A stretch of DNA of 63,965 bases, the filler included, from Hausera hauseri (Eukaryota), in assembly GCA_046269625.1 (NCBI GenBank). It is 12 parts of 12 records of this genome, joined end to end, with 100 filler letters (N's around TTAATTAATTAA, not from the genome) between each part and the next. Parts side by side here need not be neighbours in the genome. Positions count along the whole stretch, not along the records: positions 23,346 to 28,355 come from JBJURY010362262.1; positions 28,456 to 33,054 come from JBJURY010511240.1; positions 33,155 to 38,251 come from JBJURY010336492.1; 9 more parts are not named here. One strand, given 5' to 3'. The position numbers were made by a program, and so were the translations under genes. Every line of letters begins with the position of its first letter. Positions within the stretch are counted from its first letter, which is position 1. Below the pieces are notes generated by a model. The model searched no databases and was not told where the DNA came from. It worked only from the letters and a program-made list of their open reading frames with translations. Below are positions 24,008 to 37,499 of this stretch, piece after piece.

Positions 24008-27000
24008 CCTGACATTAAAGACACTAAAGTCTTAGTGGCCATAAACGAGTACGAACATAAGTTACGATTACTAGAAGTTTACCACGGCATGCCTAAACCG
24101 GAGACGGAATATGAACATTCCATTGCCCCGCCAAGGGTTATTGATATGGCACGGAAACAACATTCCTACGATAAACAAAGAGTTAGACGAAACAGGAAAA
24201 CTTGAGACTCCGGATGAGGTAGATTTAGATGTAGAACCAGAATATATGATAGAAAAGGAAACCAAAAGGCAGAAACCGACGAAAATAAAGAATTTTTGGA
24301 ACCACTAATACTTAAAATTACAAAGAATAGGGGCCGTTGTCCATCACTGAGACGAAAACGCAAGGATCTTTCGAGATCCCCAATGATTAAGGAGAAATCG
24401 GGCACAAAGAGAAAAACTAAAATCGCGTTTGACAGCAACACAGAGTTCGCTCTGAACACTCCGGAAATTAAATTAGTTACTCCCGGCGAAATGGATGAGC
24501 CAACGAAATCTGTAAATGAAATAAACGATATATATCCTTTACCTACTAACGGAGAAGAAACAGAACAGGAGTAGAAACTCGATACTGAAAAGTGGGAAAT
24601 CAAACGCTCGTGGAAAAATGCCGCCGAATTAAAAAGAATCAGAACAAATTGTCTCAACCCACAGGTAATGCAACAGAATTTAGACAAACTCAAAGCAATA
24701 AAGCAGCAAGTGGATATCTTGGGGAAGGAATAGCAGTTTGTAGATAGATTATATAATAAAATGAAATTATATAGTGAAGGTAAACTAAGCGAAGCTATAG
24801 ACTTAGATCTGCCTGAAGAAGTGGCAAAAGAAACACTAGTTCGGTGGGAACGTGAGTTAGGATTCTGGATGAAAAGTGAGATGAAATTCCCGGAGGCGTG
24901 GGATAAAACTATCCAAGACATTGAAGCTAGAATCAACCAAGCTCAGTCGCTATTAACTACATTAGAAGCCAACCCGAAATTAAAAGGAGTAACACGTAAT
25001 TTAGAGCGTGCCATGAATGGAATTAGATTTGTAATAGTCGAACGACTCAAGGGAAAACCGGTCAAGGAACGAGATACAGTTGATCGAGAGATGTTTGGTG
25101 TAGACTCAATAGGTATTCCACCCTTAATGGAGATAATAAAAGTCGCTTCTACGGCATCAAAACAATACAGAAGTCTGGAAAATCGTATTAAAAATGAGAC
25201 CGAAAAACGGTCGCAAATATATGGTCTGAGGAATAGAATTATGCATCCAAATAATGACGAAACACAGAAAATAACTATGGCTTGTATGCTGGAATTCGAC
25301 GAATATAAAGACGAGTTCGACTACGCCCGTCGGGTCATTGATTTTATTAAAGGTCCAGACGACGAGCTAGAAGACGTTCACAAAATGTTAGACAAAGCAA
25401 TATTGGCAAAGCCAGAAATCGCTAATCAGTTGAACGATTGATCTAAAGTAATAACAAGGTTGAGTAAACTAATAAACAGTCGAAAAAAAGAATTTCCGGA
25501 GAGCGAACCTACAGTAAAGAAGCGATTAGACGAAGACGCCCGAAAGCTAGATACGATGAAGGCAAAAATTGACATCCGAACTCAATTCGAGGCATTGCGT
25601 CGATTGGAATTTATGGCAAAGAAATAAGAAATAACGATACTAGATGATATATACAAGATTATTGAAGAAACTAACTTTATGCGGAACGCAATGCAACCTG
25701 CTACTTTTATCCGCGATTGAGAGATGTCCGCCTGAAAGGAATACGGTATTTGACAGCCAAGCCTGTCGAGGAAATCTCGATTCGAGACCTTAGAACCTTG
25801 GACTTTTGTCCCAAATATCGATCAATCGTTGAAAAAGCTGTGAAGTTCTTACACCAGCCACAAGAATAGATGGACGGAGCGGATCAAAGGCATCACACCG
25901 AACTAATTAAAATAAAGAATGATTCCCACCTTAGCTTTGAAGAAATCAAATTTTAAAAAAGTTATTAGATGAAATAGATCCAGATTCAAAAAGTATTAAC
26001 GAGATGTATGAACTAGCGCTGCTGATGGTGGAAATGGCGAAAATTAATGACGAGAAATTAAGACAATTGTTGTAGCAGATACAGCAAGTCGAAGAAACTT
26101 GCATTAAAACTAAACAGAGAGTGATAAAGTAAGACGAACTAACTAAAGAATTTGAAGTCTATAAAAACAAATATGCCCTTGCAGAGGCAGAAAGGTCTGA
26201 CAAGTCACAATTCTTACAGAGATGGCAAAGAGATGTCGCTTCCGACTAACACACTATCAAGAACAAGGACTGATTTCGGCTAAAGAATTATGTTCGTTGT
26301 TAACCCTGCTGCACCAAACTTCTGCTAATGGGCGTTGTTTCCGGATAACGAAAATGGTCCAAATGCAGCAGAAACTACAAGAACTCAGAAAAACCATATG
26401 GACCGCAGTTGTGGATAGACCAGCTGATGCACCGTCAAGAGCTATCAACTGCCGGGTAATAAGAACGAACCAAAATGGGAGGCATATTTAGATGCAATGA
26501 TTGCCGAAAACCCGAAAACTCCCATACGATTTAGCGGAACGGAGATATACTCTTCGGACCAAAAATTCAATGTGGAAATGTTTCTGGACCCAGCACAAAC
26601 CGAGAAAGATTTAACTAAGTTAATTAATGTAAACCTCACCGAAACTCCATTAAGACAGTTAGTCCCCACTCTAACCAAATTAGCAATCGAAGGTACCATT
26701 TATAGTGCGGCACCTAAGCTTTTAATTAAAGAATATGCTAAATCTTGTAGGAAAAGGTAGAGGAGACGATCATAGTAAAGGTAGCATCCGACAGGATGGA
26801 TGAGAAGGAACATGAATTTAATACGCGCTCTGTTGTGAGAGATGTATTAGTATGGATAAAGAGCAATGTATACACCAATGAGCTAAACTATAGACTTTAT
26901 TTTAGAGGAAGAATACTAGACGAATTAGAATTATTAATAGAAGTGGGAATTATTCCGGGTGGAGTAAACCGGATAGTGCTAACAATTCCTACCGACGAGA

Positions 27001-27437
27001 CAAAATAAGAAGCCATAAGGAAGGCCAGAGCGGAACAGTGGGTAGGTCGAATCATAGGAGTGCAAGACGCAGCAATGTATTTCGAATATCTGCAAACCGA
27101 CGAAGACAAGAGACAATACGATAAGAATCTAGCGCCAACCAGTGAGGTCGCACCAACTGTAATGAAACAGAAGCGTTCCATCGGTAGACCACGGAAAACG
27201 CAAGAAGAAATCGATTATAATGGAGACTTAATCAGAGAACTGAGGCAAATGTCCATATCAACCTTCAGCACCGATGACGAAGAAGTGAAGGAACTCATGG
27301 AAAAGTTGATACGGATAGTGAACCACCCTAGTCTCGGTGGCGATATACTGAGCGAAAAAGAAAAAGCTATATTTAACGCAGCCAAAACTATGAAAAGTTT
27401 TCGTTGTAAATAATCCAGAAGTACCCTAAATGATGAA

Positions 27438-28276
27438 ATGGTAATTGAAAAAATTATGGTAGAGAACACCGTAGAGGAGTTAAGGAAAGTGTTACTATAT
27501 TTGGCCGTTAAAACCAACCCGGTCCGAGATAACGAATTCAATAAGGCCATTAGCTTGGCGAGGAAGGCTGCCAGAAAACTACCACTAAAAGTGAATAGGC
27601 CTAAATTGTTTGAAAGAGAAGAAGAATGGCAAAATGGGTCCTTCCTTGGCAATAATAGAGTTGAAGACTTGTTACGGAACGTAACCAGAGATAATATAGG
27701 AAACGAGTCAAACTGGTTAATTAACTTCTTAATTATGATGATGTTAATAATACAGATGTGGGCAGTTGCAGTGTACGACTGTGACAAATTTAGACGCGGA
27801 CAAAAATACTCATTAATGGAATTAGAAATGTGCGAAGACGCGAGACCACATAAATTAGAAACAAAAGAGAAAAATTACATGCTATATCAACAATGCGAAC
27901 TAGTTACATTAGATGAAGTAGAATGTATGTTGCGACGATCTCGCAGCATTTTCCATTGTGGACTAGTACATGAACATTCACCCATAATCAAGCCAACCAC
28001 CCCACCAATCCCGATGAATTTAGAACGCAAGCATTGCAAGCAAGGTAGAGAGACGGGAAGAATAAAATGGGACGGCATAGAATTAGAAATTCAGCAAGGG
28101 CAAATAATCAGAGTGTATAAAGTGGCTGCTATGGTGCAGAATACGGCACTGGAAAAGGATTAGAGTCAAACATCGTAGTGGTAGACTTTTACGAAATCGA
28201 GATGCGCCTACAGAAGGTAATGTTTCATAGCGTTACTAAACTTTACACAGAAAACCATAAGTGCCACATTTCAGAT
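27438..28276 (+). pseudogene. End of X fused in frame to the chuvirus-like glycoprotein, copy B
   Basis: One ORF runs VIEKIMVENTVEELRKVL...NWLINFLIMMMLIIQMWAVAVYDCDKF...ECMLRRSRSIFHCG. Confidence 0.88.
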
Positions 28277-28459
28277 TGAAAGGCCTTGGGCAGACTCAGA
28301 AATTTCCGTGGAGTATATCCATTGGATAAAGTCCCCGACTATCTGCTCAATGGAGNNNNNNNNNNNNNNNNNNNNNNNNNNNNNNNNNNNNNNNNNNNNT
28401 TAATTAATTAANNNNNNNNNNNNNNNNNNNNNNNNNNNNNNNNNNNNNNNNNNNNTATT

Positions 28460-30560
28460 CTTCGATTAGCGTGATCCCACGTTCTTCGCTGTCGTTTACA
28501 CCTTTCAGCATTTTGACTTTCGCACACAACTTTTGATAGGTTGTTCAGCTTCCCATGCTCTGCATCCATTTAAACGAAACTCCTGGTCTCTATTCCTGTT
28601 GGGTTTAACAATTCGAATATACGATTAGTTCTCTTTGTTACGAATGTCCCTAAATCGTTGACGTCAGCATCACGAGCATGTCAGGCATCCACCCTATTCA
28701 TCGCCGATTGAGTCTTCGGAAGATGGAGGTTTGCCTCCATGGCTTTCTTCACATGTGACTCTGGAGAGAACAGTAAACACGGCATCATCAAGAGTTCAGT
28801 TTGGATACGTTTGAAGAAGTCGTAGCATCTGTGCATCATTCATAGGATCGTAAGAGGCCATTGGAGCCTCATGCCAGAATCAATCATACATAAGTGCAAC
28901 GAAGACAGCAAGTTCAGTCAGTTTTTTGCGCTCTCTGACAGTCAAAGTCAGTTGGCCTTTAAACAGTACAATCTTCATAGAGTAGATGGTCTTTGTCATC
29001 CACCTTGCATAGTACATCGCACCAGGTACATCCGCTTTGGCTGAGCCTCCACCAAAATAGACTAATCACAGTCGACGTAGGTCAAGATAATCATCTCTTC
29101 GCTATTGACAAGTTATGACATTTGTGTAGAAAGTCATCATTTCCTTCCCCTGGATTTCGGTGTCATAGTTGAAGAGTTTATCTTTTGCTGGCGCGAAATC
29201 CGTTTGTTGGATATCAGGCAATTTCGTCCGGAACTTCTTGAATAGGCTTACTTCAGGTCCTCCTTTTTCACCAAACAAATCCGTGAATATGCATCAAAGG
29301 ACGACTTTCATGTTGCGGTGGCAACAGCAAATATAGATAAGTTCATGACTAACGGCCTTTTCCATGAGAATACAAGCTCCTTCGTGAATACCAGTGTTGG
29401 ACGCTGTTGTATCAAAAACCATACCAATCACTGTATCGCGTAATTTCCACTCATCTAGAACTTCTAGGAAAGCAGCAGCTTGTTCACTAGCTGTTCCTTT
29501 TCCGATTTTTAGAACAACCAGCAGCTTCTCAGTTGCATAACCAGTCACGATCACAGCAACTCGGTTCACAGTTTTCTCAGCATCATCAATGTCAGGAAGC
29601 TGTTTGCCATTCAACTCTACAGAAAAACGGCCTTGATCTGCTACAGCCACCTCTTTGCTTACGGCCATCCTACATCTTATCGTGCTTCGAGACAATGCCA
29701 GGTCGTCAACAGGATGTCACCACAAACATAACTCCACGGTCAGACAAGTTGACCCTGTTCAAAGCATCAGGAACTTCTAGGTTTACTATTATATTCTTGG
29801 CTGACTTCTTGTACTTAGTCTTTCTGGCTGATCGTCATTCATCGAAAGATGTTGGAACTGGAACTGAAGTACATGTCCGTGTCACCATCGCCCATATCAT
29901 TACCTTCAGATAAAGTAAAAGCACTTCCTAGTCATTTTTTAAGTCATCATGTACTTTTAGCCATTGTGACCTTTCAGCCTTACAGTTGTCTTTGGCTTAC
30001 TCACGTGCTCTTTTCGTGGCCTCTTTTTGCAGCAGTTTGCGGTCCACTCCTGCCATGCTGCAGCTGGTAACGTCGATCCTTTGCATGATAAGGAATTGCT
30101 TATCCTCATCATTAGTCATTATCTCTGTCACGTTCTTAGTTGCAATATCAAATAATTTCTGGAGATCGTCGCTGAATGATTGTTTTTTAACCCTGCAGCT
30201 TTTCAATCACTGTTCTTCTTCAGTAGCTGATATTCATAATATAACTTAGAGTTTTTCTGCGGGGTCGATTTGCTGTATTGGGAGTATAGCTTTCTTCCAT
30301 ATCTCCAAAAGCTCAATGATGGTAAGGCGAATACTTTCTTTCACATTATGATGCTGTTTCTGATGATGATAGAAGACACATTTGTACCAATTCTTCATTA
30401 TTTTCCCAGACGTTTTGATTACAGTCGAGAATACATATGTTATTCATGGAATTCTTATGCAATGAACAGATACTTTTTATGAACTTCTTTTGCTGTACAG
30501 AGACCAAGTCAAGCACTTATGCAAGTTACGTACATTTTGTGGGACGTGTCTCAGTGCGTT
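28460..30560 (-). pseudogene. hAT-like DDE transposase (hATm/Cc8K15.2-like), decayed
   Basis: LQKLFDIA; VFDTTASNTGIHEGACILME...CCH; RDDYL; YARWMTKTIYSMKIVLF; VNDSEERGITLIEEY. Confidence 0.8.
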
Positions 30561-31584
30561 GATCCGTTGTAGCAAACACTACTCTCAGCTTTGTACACTT
30601 AGACGTAAGTTGTTAAAATCGAATTAAAATCCGCAGTTAAAGAATAGATATTTTGATTAGTGAAATGTAATTTTAAAATTTGGATGCTCAATGTTTATAA
30701 AAAAGAGTTGAGATTTCTCAGTGACTTTACCTGATATGAACTGAGTTATTTTATTTGTAGCTAGAGGCTGTATGTGTATTGTTAAATTTGTTCAATCCTC
30801 ACTAATTTACTTCTTGAGAGACTGTAACTTAACAATTAATTAATGAAGAGAACAATTATCGTTTACTTTGTGAGTGAATGTACAGAGAGGCTTTGCTTGG
30901 ACCTACCTATCCAATAGTCGGTAATGTGTTTAGTGCAGACTCTATTTTAACACTTTATTTACTAATGTTTACTCTATTATTGTCTTAGTTAGGAATTACA
31001 CGGGCGGTCGTCATGTAGAGTTAGACCTAGTCGACCAAATACCAAAATTACTTAATGTTTAATCACTTATTGACTTTACTTAAATAAATGAAAAAATATC
31101 ACATCAATGATATAATTTACAATACAATTAAAGTTGACAACCAAACAATAAAAATGAGCTTACGTGTAGTCATGATGCAAGTAATAACACAAAAATTGTT
31201 CTAAACCAACTAGCAGAGCATTCTGCTTAAATAGTCAATGATGAAAACATAAAAATGTCCATATTAGGACAACACGTCTAAATTAAGACAAAAACATGAA
31301 AATATTTACATTACACAGCAGATAATTTTTGTCCCCTTTTTGTTACTCTCAAAAAGAATCAATAGTCAGTAATATTGAAATAATCAGATATTTTTGTTAC
31401 CAATTGAATTCAACGAATGAGATTAATAGTCAGTAATATTGAGATAGTCTGAAAAAATCGACGGCTGGTAATCTCACAGGTAGTGGAAAAGTAAATAATA
31501 ATTGAGACCTTTCAATTTTTCTATCAATTTGCTGAAGAAGTTTATGTAAAACAAATTGTTAAGAAACACTCTCTAAACTGTCAA

Positions 31585-32405
31585 CATGTTCCGATTGAGA
31601 GACAAAACGCGAACTGTCTCAGCAATTCCATAAATATCGACAATAGCACGAAATTCAACTGGACTCATATTACCTATTCTGCTAGCTTGCCATGACGCGA
31701 AAGCGTTTAGAATTCATCAATGCCTAATTCGGAATATCGATTGAAAACGGATATTATTTCCTCGGAGAGTAACTAACTGTGTTTGAATGCTGAGAAATTC
31801 GATCGGTTGAAAAAGAATTTTCTGAAGAAAAACTATGTGGCCATAATTCATAAAATATGGCAACAATACTTCCACATTGCAAAGGAAGCGGGTATGAAGA
31901 ATTAGCCACTTTTGCAATAGAATTAATTTCTCAAATGGAACAGTGCTGTTCGAACACAACAGTTACAGTATGGCGGACACGTATATGATTTTGTAGAACA
32001 CTATCACCATCAGCAGCAACCGAATAGTACGACAGCACGTCATAATTGCCCATATCAAAATACATATCGTCTGGATTAATCACCGAATGACTGAAGTCGG
32101 GCTTTATTCTGCTAAGCAACAGCACAATTCCACGAAAATCTACGATCAACTAAACCTGGCATGAATTCTTTTGGCAATGTTTGAAATAGTTTGTGGGACA
32201 ACATTGTAAATCTAATACGCAAATTACCATTCCAACTATTTCATATCTCTTCGATTTCCAATGCAAACAACTCCCCAGGTTGAATATATTCACTTGACAA
32301 GACAATTCCATCACAATAACTTTCAAAACGTTTAACACTAAAACCGTTTTCGAACAATTCGATATTTCTTCCGTGTAAAACAGGACTAAATTTTCGACAT
32401 TTCAT
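31585..32405 (-). pseudogene. NEURL2: Neuralized (NHR) domain protein, NEURL2-like, disrupted
   Basis: Manual translation: FSPVLHGRNIELFENGFSVKRFESYCDGIVLSSEYIQPGELFALEIEEI*NSWNGNLRIRFT...LPKEFMPGLVDRRFSW, and C-terminal FRAIVDIYGIAETVRVL. Confidence 0.8.
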
Positions 32406-33344
32406 CAAAATGTTATGTTATTCCGATAGTATTACCAATCATTATTTGGCATTAGAAAATTGCAAAATACCACAACATGAATTACCTAAATGATCTAGAA
32501 AAATTAAATGTCCAATGTCATTATGAAAACGTAATTTTTAGTTGGTGGCTCTTCGACGGCTTCTTCATCATCATTCTGACCAGTAACAAGTCCAGTGGCA
32601 TGATTCTACGAAGGAAGGTAACGGGTCCCGACTAACGACACCGTCAAGACGAAATCGTCGCACCCGGCTATACCCGGACAAAATGGACCAGGGAGCCGCA
32701 ATGCACGGTGGACACCACAAACTGGTCTTAGAAAAAAACATCCCAAAAATTTGTTTTCTTTTCTCGTATTAGCCATATGAACATCTGTAAATAACTTTCT
32801 AAGCTTTTCGATAAAAACAACTCATTCTAAATCCATAGTTTGTCTAATCGAACTCTAAAAACGTTATTTTGACCTTGTAATATATTTCAACAACCCTATT
32901 ATACATTTATTGTAAACTTGACTCAAATCGGCATTACACGATTGATGTTAATTCCTATTTTTTCTTAACTAATGTTTGATCTGTTTTAATAAGTATATCG
33001 ATAATAAACTGTATATCGGTTTTTGTACATCAGTTTACATGATGTTCCAATTTGNNNNNNNNNNNNNNNNNNNNNNNNNNNNNNNNNNNNNNNNNNNNTT
33101 AATTAATTAANNNNNNNNNNNNNNNNNNNNNNNNNNNNNNNNNNNNNNNNNNNNACATTGGAAAACACATCGTAGCCTACACTGTTTGCTGTAACACGTC
33201 TCGGCACAAAGCATTCATTAACATTATTCTTATACCAATATTAAAATTACACGTATATTTATACTCGTTAATTGGGTTAATGAAAGAGGAAGAACGGTAA
33301 AACAACAAAATTTATTGATAAGTAAAATATGCTTCAGCTACACG

Positions 33345-34063
33345 CTAAATTGGGCTTTTGATATCGTCTTTTTCCTTGTATCCTTGTAACTCAATATTCA
33401 ATTGACACTTTAACCCACCACCATCATCATCACCATCGGATACATGGGACATTTCGTTACCTATAAAATCAAACAATTTCGTTTTCTGCGCCGGTAAATT
33501 GCCAGATTGCTGTTGCACGGTCGTTTCGTTCAACTTTAAATCAACGTTTAATTATGCAGAGCATCAGAAAGTTTATCCAAATTTTCACCAGAAGGCCGTT
33601 TCACACGACAGCTGTACTTGGGTACACATAGAGACACGGTATCATTCAAATAAATCAGTATGGGCGTTTGCAGGAAATGCATTTTATACTTTCGAAAAAT
33701 TCGTTTCGGTAAAAATATGTGTGTTTGGCGCGTCGGCGGTTTTGATTTTACTTTACGTATTCCAATCATTGCATTTTGCCTTTTTTTACGTCGGTTTTCC
33801 TGCTGCTGCTCCTGCTGCTGATTATTGAGCAAGTTCCTGTTTTGTTTCCAGACAATCACCCGGTTTTTCTAACTGTTGGACAGGTTCCAGCAGTTTGATA
33901 TTAGAACTGTCATTTTTGTAGCCAAACAACCACGATCAGTTTGAACTTTCATCATTGGCATCATTGAGTAGAACAGTTTTGTCGTTGTCGTCTTCCATGG
34001 CAGTAATGTCTGAATGAGCATGGGAATGATATTTATAGTTTGTTGTTGTGCAATGTACATCAT
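33345..34063 (-). pseudogene. Polinton accessory ORF (possibly PZ-like)
   Basis: Q/E-rich fragments, RVKRPSGENLDKLSDAL; position within the Polinton cluster. Confidence 0.35.
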
Positions 34064-34089
34064 TTTGATTTACTGCAGCATTTATGTGG

Positions 34090-34545
34090 TTTCTAATTCG
34101 ATTAATAATCGGTTCATAGTCTTTTGTCCGAAATTAGAGTACAACAATTTTTCCACTGCTAAACACATTGACATAAAATGGGCGAAACGATGTCAATCTC
34201 AGTGCAGGAAACAGTTTGGGTTCATACGTACATTCAGCAGTGGCCATTGCTAATTTGTACAGATTGATTGTTTGGTAGTCTTACTGAGTCGTTATTGTTA
34301 TTGATTGGATTTGTTCAATGACAATTGCGAATGGCAGTAGTTTATTGTTACTATAAGCTGTGATTGGTTTTTTTAACCCATAACACCACAATTTTCCAAT
34401 TGACATATCATACATGTAAAATCCAGTGGACAATTGAGGACATACTCCCTCTGCTTCCATTGATTAAAAGGTAGTGTGTTAATTTCACACTAGGTAACAT
34501 GTCCGCGATAGTTCATATTAGCTAAGATTATGGAAACAGTGTTTA
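34090..34545 (-). pseudogene. TATA-box-binding-protein-like gene within the Polinton
   Basis: Manual translation: IQSITITTQ*DYQTINLYKLAMATAECTYEPKLFPALRLTSFRPFYVNVFSSGKIVVL, against TBP repeat 2 (IQNMV...IRLEGL...YEPELFPGL...LLIFVSGKVVL). Upstream LANMNYRG...TCMICQLENCGVMG resembles repeat 1. Confidence 0.75.
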
Positions 34546-34628
34546 TACTATGGCTACTTATATGTGTGTGTAACACGATTATAAACAAATTATGTGGTGA
34601 GAAAAGGTTGTATTATTATTACTATTAG

Positions 34629-35290
34629 ATGAAGCTGCAGAATGAAGTCAGCTTCCAGATTGTAGGCCCCAGTAGAAGTGGCAAAACACACCTTGTGTGA
34701 AAACTGCTGAAGAACTATCGTGACATGTTCCATTCACCGCGGTACGATCACATATACTGGCATCACGGTGTTGGTGATAATGGTGAGTCCGGTCTGACAC
34801 ATTGGAATTTTGTAAACTGAATTCGATAACGATAATTGATGGGTTTGATATAAACTGGTCATAGAGATTATGCAACGGCGAAGATATTGTCACTGACTAT
34901 TTATTTCAGGAAGCCGCGAAATAATCGGACTTCAGCAAACTGTTCACGAAGATTGCACGACACCGTAGTGTGACGGTTATTTTCATTACGCAAAACATGT
35001 TCCATCAGGGCGTCTGGCATCGAACAAGAAATCTAAACGTACACTATTTGGTGTTGTTCAAAAATTCCCGTGATCAGACTATCATTGATTATGTTCCCCG
35101 ACAAGCATTTCCTTACAACCGAGCCTACTTGATAGATGCATATCATGATGCTACGAACTAACCACATGGATATCTGTTTATTGACTTTATACAACAGGGT
35201 ACCGATGGCATGTGTGTACGAACAGACATTTTCAATCAGAAGGGTATATGTGTCTATAAACAAACTCGAAAATCGACGACATTAGTGTGA
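34629..35290 (+). pseudogene. Polinton A32/FtsK-like packaging ATPase
   Basis: Walker A IVGPSRSGKT; LFTKIARHRSVTVIFITQNMF; LNVHYLVLFKNSRD; PHGYLFIDF. Confidence 0.93.
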
Positions 35291-35475
35291 TAAAATGAAG
35301 AATTTCCGAAAAACAGCTGTAAAGCGTAAACCTACCAAGCACGTGTCCGGCGACAAGAAACGTGCATCAAAACTAACCACCGCTACAGTCAATAACTAGA
35401 CGCAAATTACTGTCTCAGTGGCAACGCTAATAAACAACTACGTCTCATTAGCATCAATACGTCCATACAAAAAGC

Positions 35476-35810
35476 ATGCGATTCAAACGTAAGCAGCCGT
35501 ACTTTATTGCTTTGCTCAAGGCACCTACAAGACATAAGCGAAACATGCTGCGATCATTTCCACAGTTTGTAGTAGGCGATTTGATGGAAATTTTATACAA
35601 TATTGTTGTGGGTCACGTTGACATTGGTAGAGGAAAGCGAAATTTACTAAAGTATTGAAAACGACTTATTGGCCTTGTCAACGCCCGTAGTAAACGACTG
35701 AAACGGGAGGTCATGTACCAGCAAAATGGCAGATTCCTTGGTGCAATTCTACATATTGTCACGTCATTACTTGGTGCACTCATTGGTTCTACAGCCACAG
35801 CATAGTATAA
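35476..35810 (+). pseudogene. Polinton small basic ORF with amphipathic C-terminus (GasderminX/PW-like)
   Basis: LMEILYNIVVGHV...QQNGRFLGAILHIVTSLLGAL. Confidence 0.6.
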
Positions 35811-35956
35811 ACAATGACTGTAAGTATATGGTAATTTGGAGATATGGGTGCATGGTATTCATCTTTTTGCCACAGTTTACCAAATCTTTCATTTATGTTT
35901 CCTTCTAACTGTTGCAATGCAAACAAAACCGGCACCATCGACTACGACAAAACCGA

Positions 35957-36983
35957 TGGGCGACGTGTGTTTCGACATGTGTCGTCCCGTCGGCTATACC
36001 GGCATTGACAAACTGGCAAAGACTGTCAAACAGACTCGGTAACAGACCCGACGTTGGCTCGGGAAACAGTTAGAATACAGCCTAAACAAATAGATAAAAA
36101 GGCGGATTCCAACTCGTGCATACAGAGCTGTCGGTGTGAATAACATATGGCAGATGGATCTAATGGAAATGATTCCGTACGTCAGCATCAACGATGGGTA
36201 TCGTTACGTGCTTATATGTGTTAATGTGTTTAGTCGTTTTGCACGTGCAATTGCCGTGAAATCCACGCTGCAGAGGTACTGATACAACAGCAACAACGAG
36301 AGCATTTACAAACGGATTTGGGTAAGGAATTCTACAACGCCCATGTTGCAGCGGTCTTGAAACGGTTCGGCTACTTGGTGTTTTGAAACCACTTCTCGGT
36401 GTTTTCCAAATACAAGGCTGCACTCCTTAAACGATTTAATTGAACATTGCGCTATCGCCTAAACAAATTCTTTAAGGAGCAAGATAATAAACGCTGGGTA
36501 GATGTACTGCCGGATATTGCTTATGTGTACAATCATTCGACACACCGTGGAATCAACGGAATGCGCTCGGTTGACTCAGTCGGTAATTTGGATATGTGGC
36601 TTTATCAAAACCGAACAACACAACAACGACGATGACCCAATAAACGTCCCAAGTATAAAATCGGTGATAATGTACGTATTTTAAAGCTGAGTACAACACC
36701 ATTTATTGAGAATTTCAATCAGAACTGGAGCGATGAGGTTTTCCGAATTTCGGCAATAAACACAAAACGAACATGTGTTATGTACATTTTAAAAGATAAA
36801 AATGGTGACAAAATACGTGGCAAATTTTAAGAGCAGGAACTGCAAGTAATACCGGAAAAACCTGATGTGTATCGTATTCAGGAAATTGTACGTTAACACG
36901 GGAAGGGTTCGAATAAACGACATCTCGTCAAGTGGCACGGATACACTATACTGAGTTGAATATTTGCATCGCAGATTGAGTGA
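35957..36983 (+). pseudogene. Polinton rve integrase with chromodomain-like C-terminus
   Basis: PVGYTGIDKL; WQMDLMEM...NDGYRYVLICVNVFSRFA; YNHSTHRGI; NWSDEVFRI; YRIQEIV...LVKWHGY. Confidence 0.92.
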
Positions 36984-37400
36984 TGAGCATTTATTTGATA
37001 CTTGATAGTAACAGATTATTAGAACATGACAACAACAACATTACCGCTAAACAGGTTACCATAGCGTTGAACCAGCCGCTCAACTTACTCCAAGGATCCT
37101 GGGTGGTGGCTTTGGCTGAATTCACGTTTACATTTTTACCAATAACAATACGTGAGAACAGTCGAATATACTGTACTCTAGTAAGACAATCTCCTGCAAC
37201 TAGTCGTTTGCAGTTAGTTTGAGACTCTAATGGAACATTTTACGTTCGCAATTACAAGCGGCAATATTTTCCGGTTTATATCTTTTATTTAACAATCGAT
37301 TGGTGCTAAAACACAAACATCCGACTGAATTGCAATTTAAATCACTAGCCGACGCTCAGGCATGGGGTTTTCAATTATCAGCCAATGTGCGTTCGAAAGG
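36980..37400 (+). pseudogene. Polinton minor capsid (penton)-like
   Basis: IYLILDSN...IALNQPLNLLQGSWVVALAEF. Confidence 0.7.
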
Positions 37401-37499
37401 TTTACAGCTCGAAAGGTTTTACACAGTATAATTAGTGAAAAATTGAAGTTTTCCACTGCGTAAACCACCGATATAACAGTGAACTGGCGAAAGATTGAA

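Larger units (their letters stand above)
23346..28276 (+). mobile_element. env-bearing LTR retroelement, copy B (gag C-terminus, X, env N-terminus)
   Basis: Collinear with copy A throughout; intact knuckle CYTCGQEGHIARSC (23822-23863). Confidence 0.9.
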
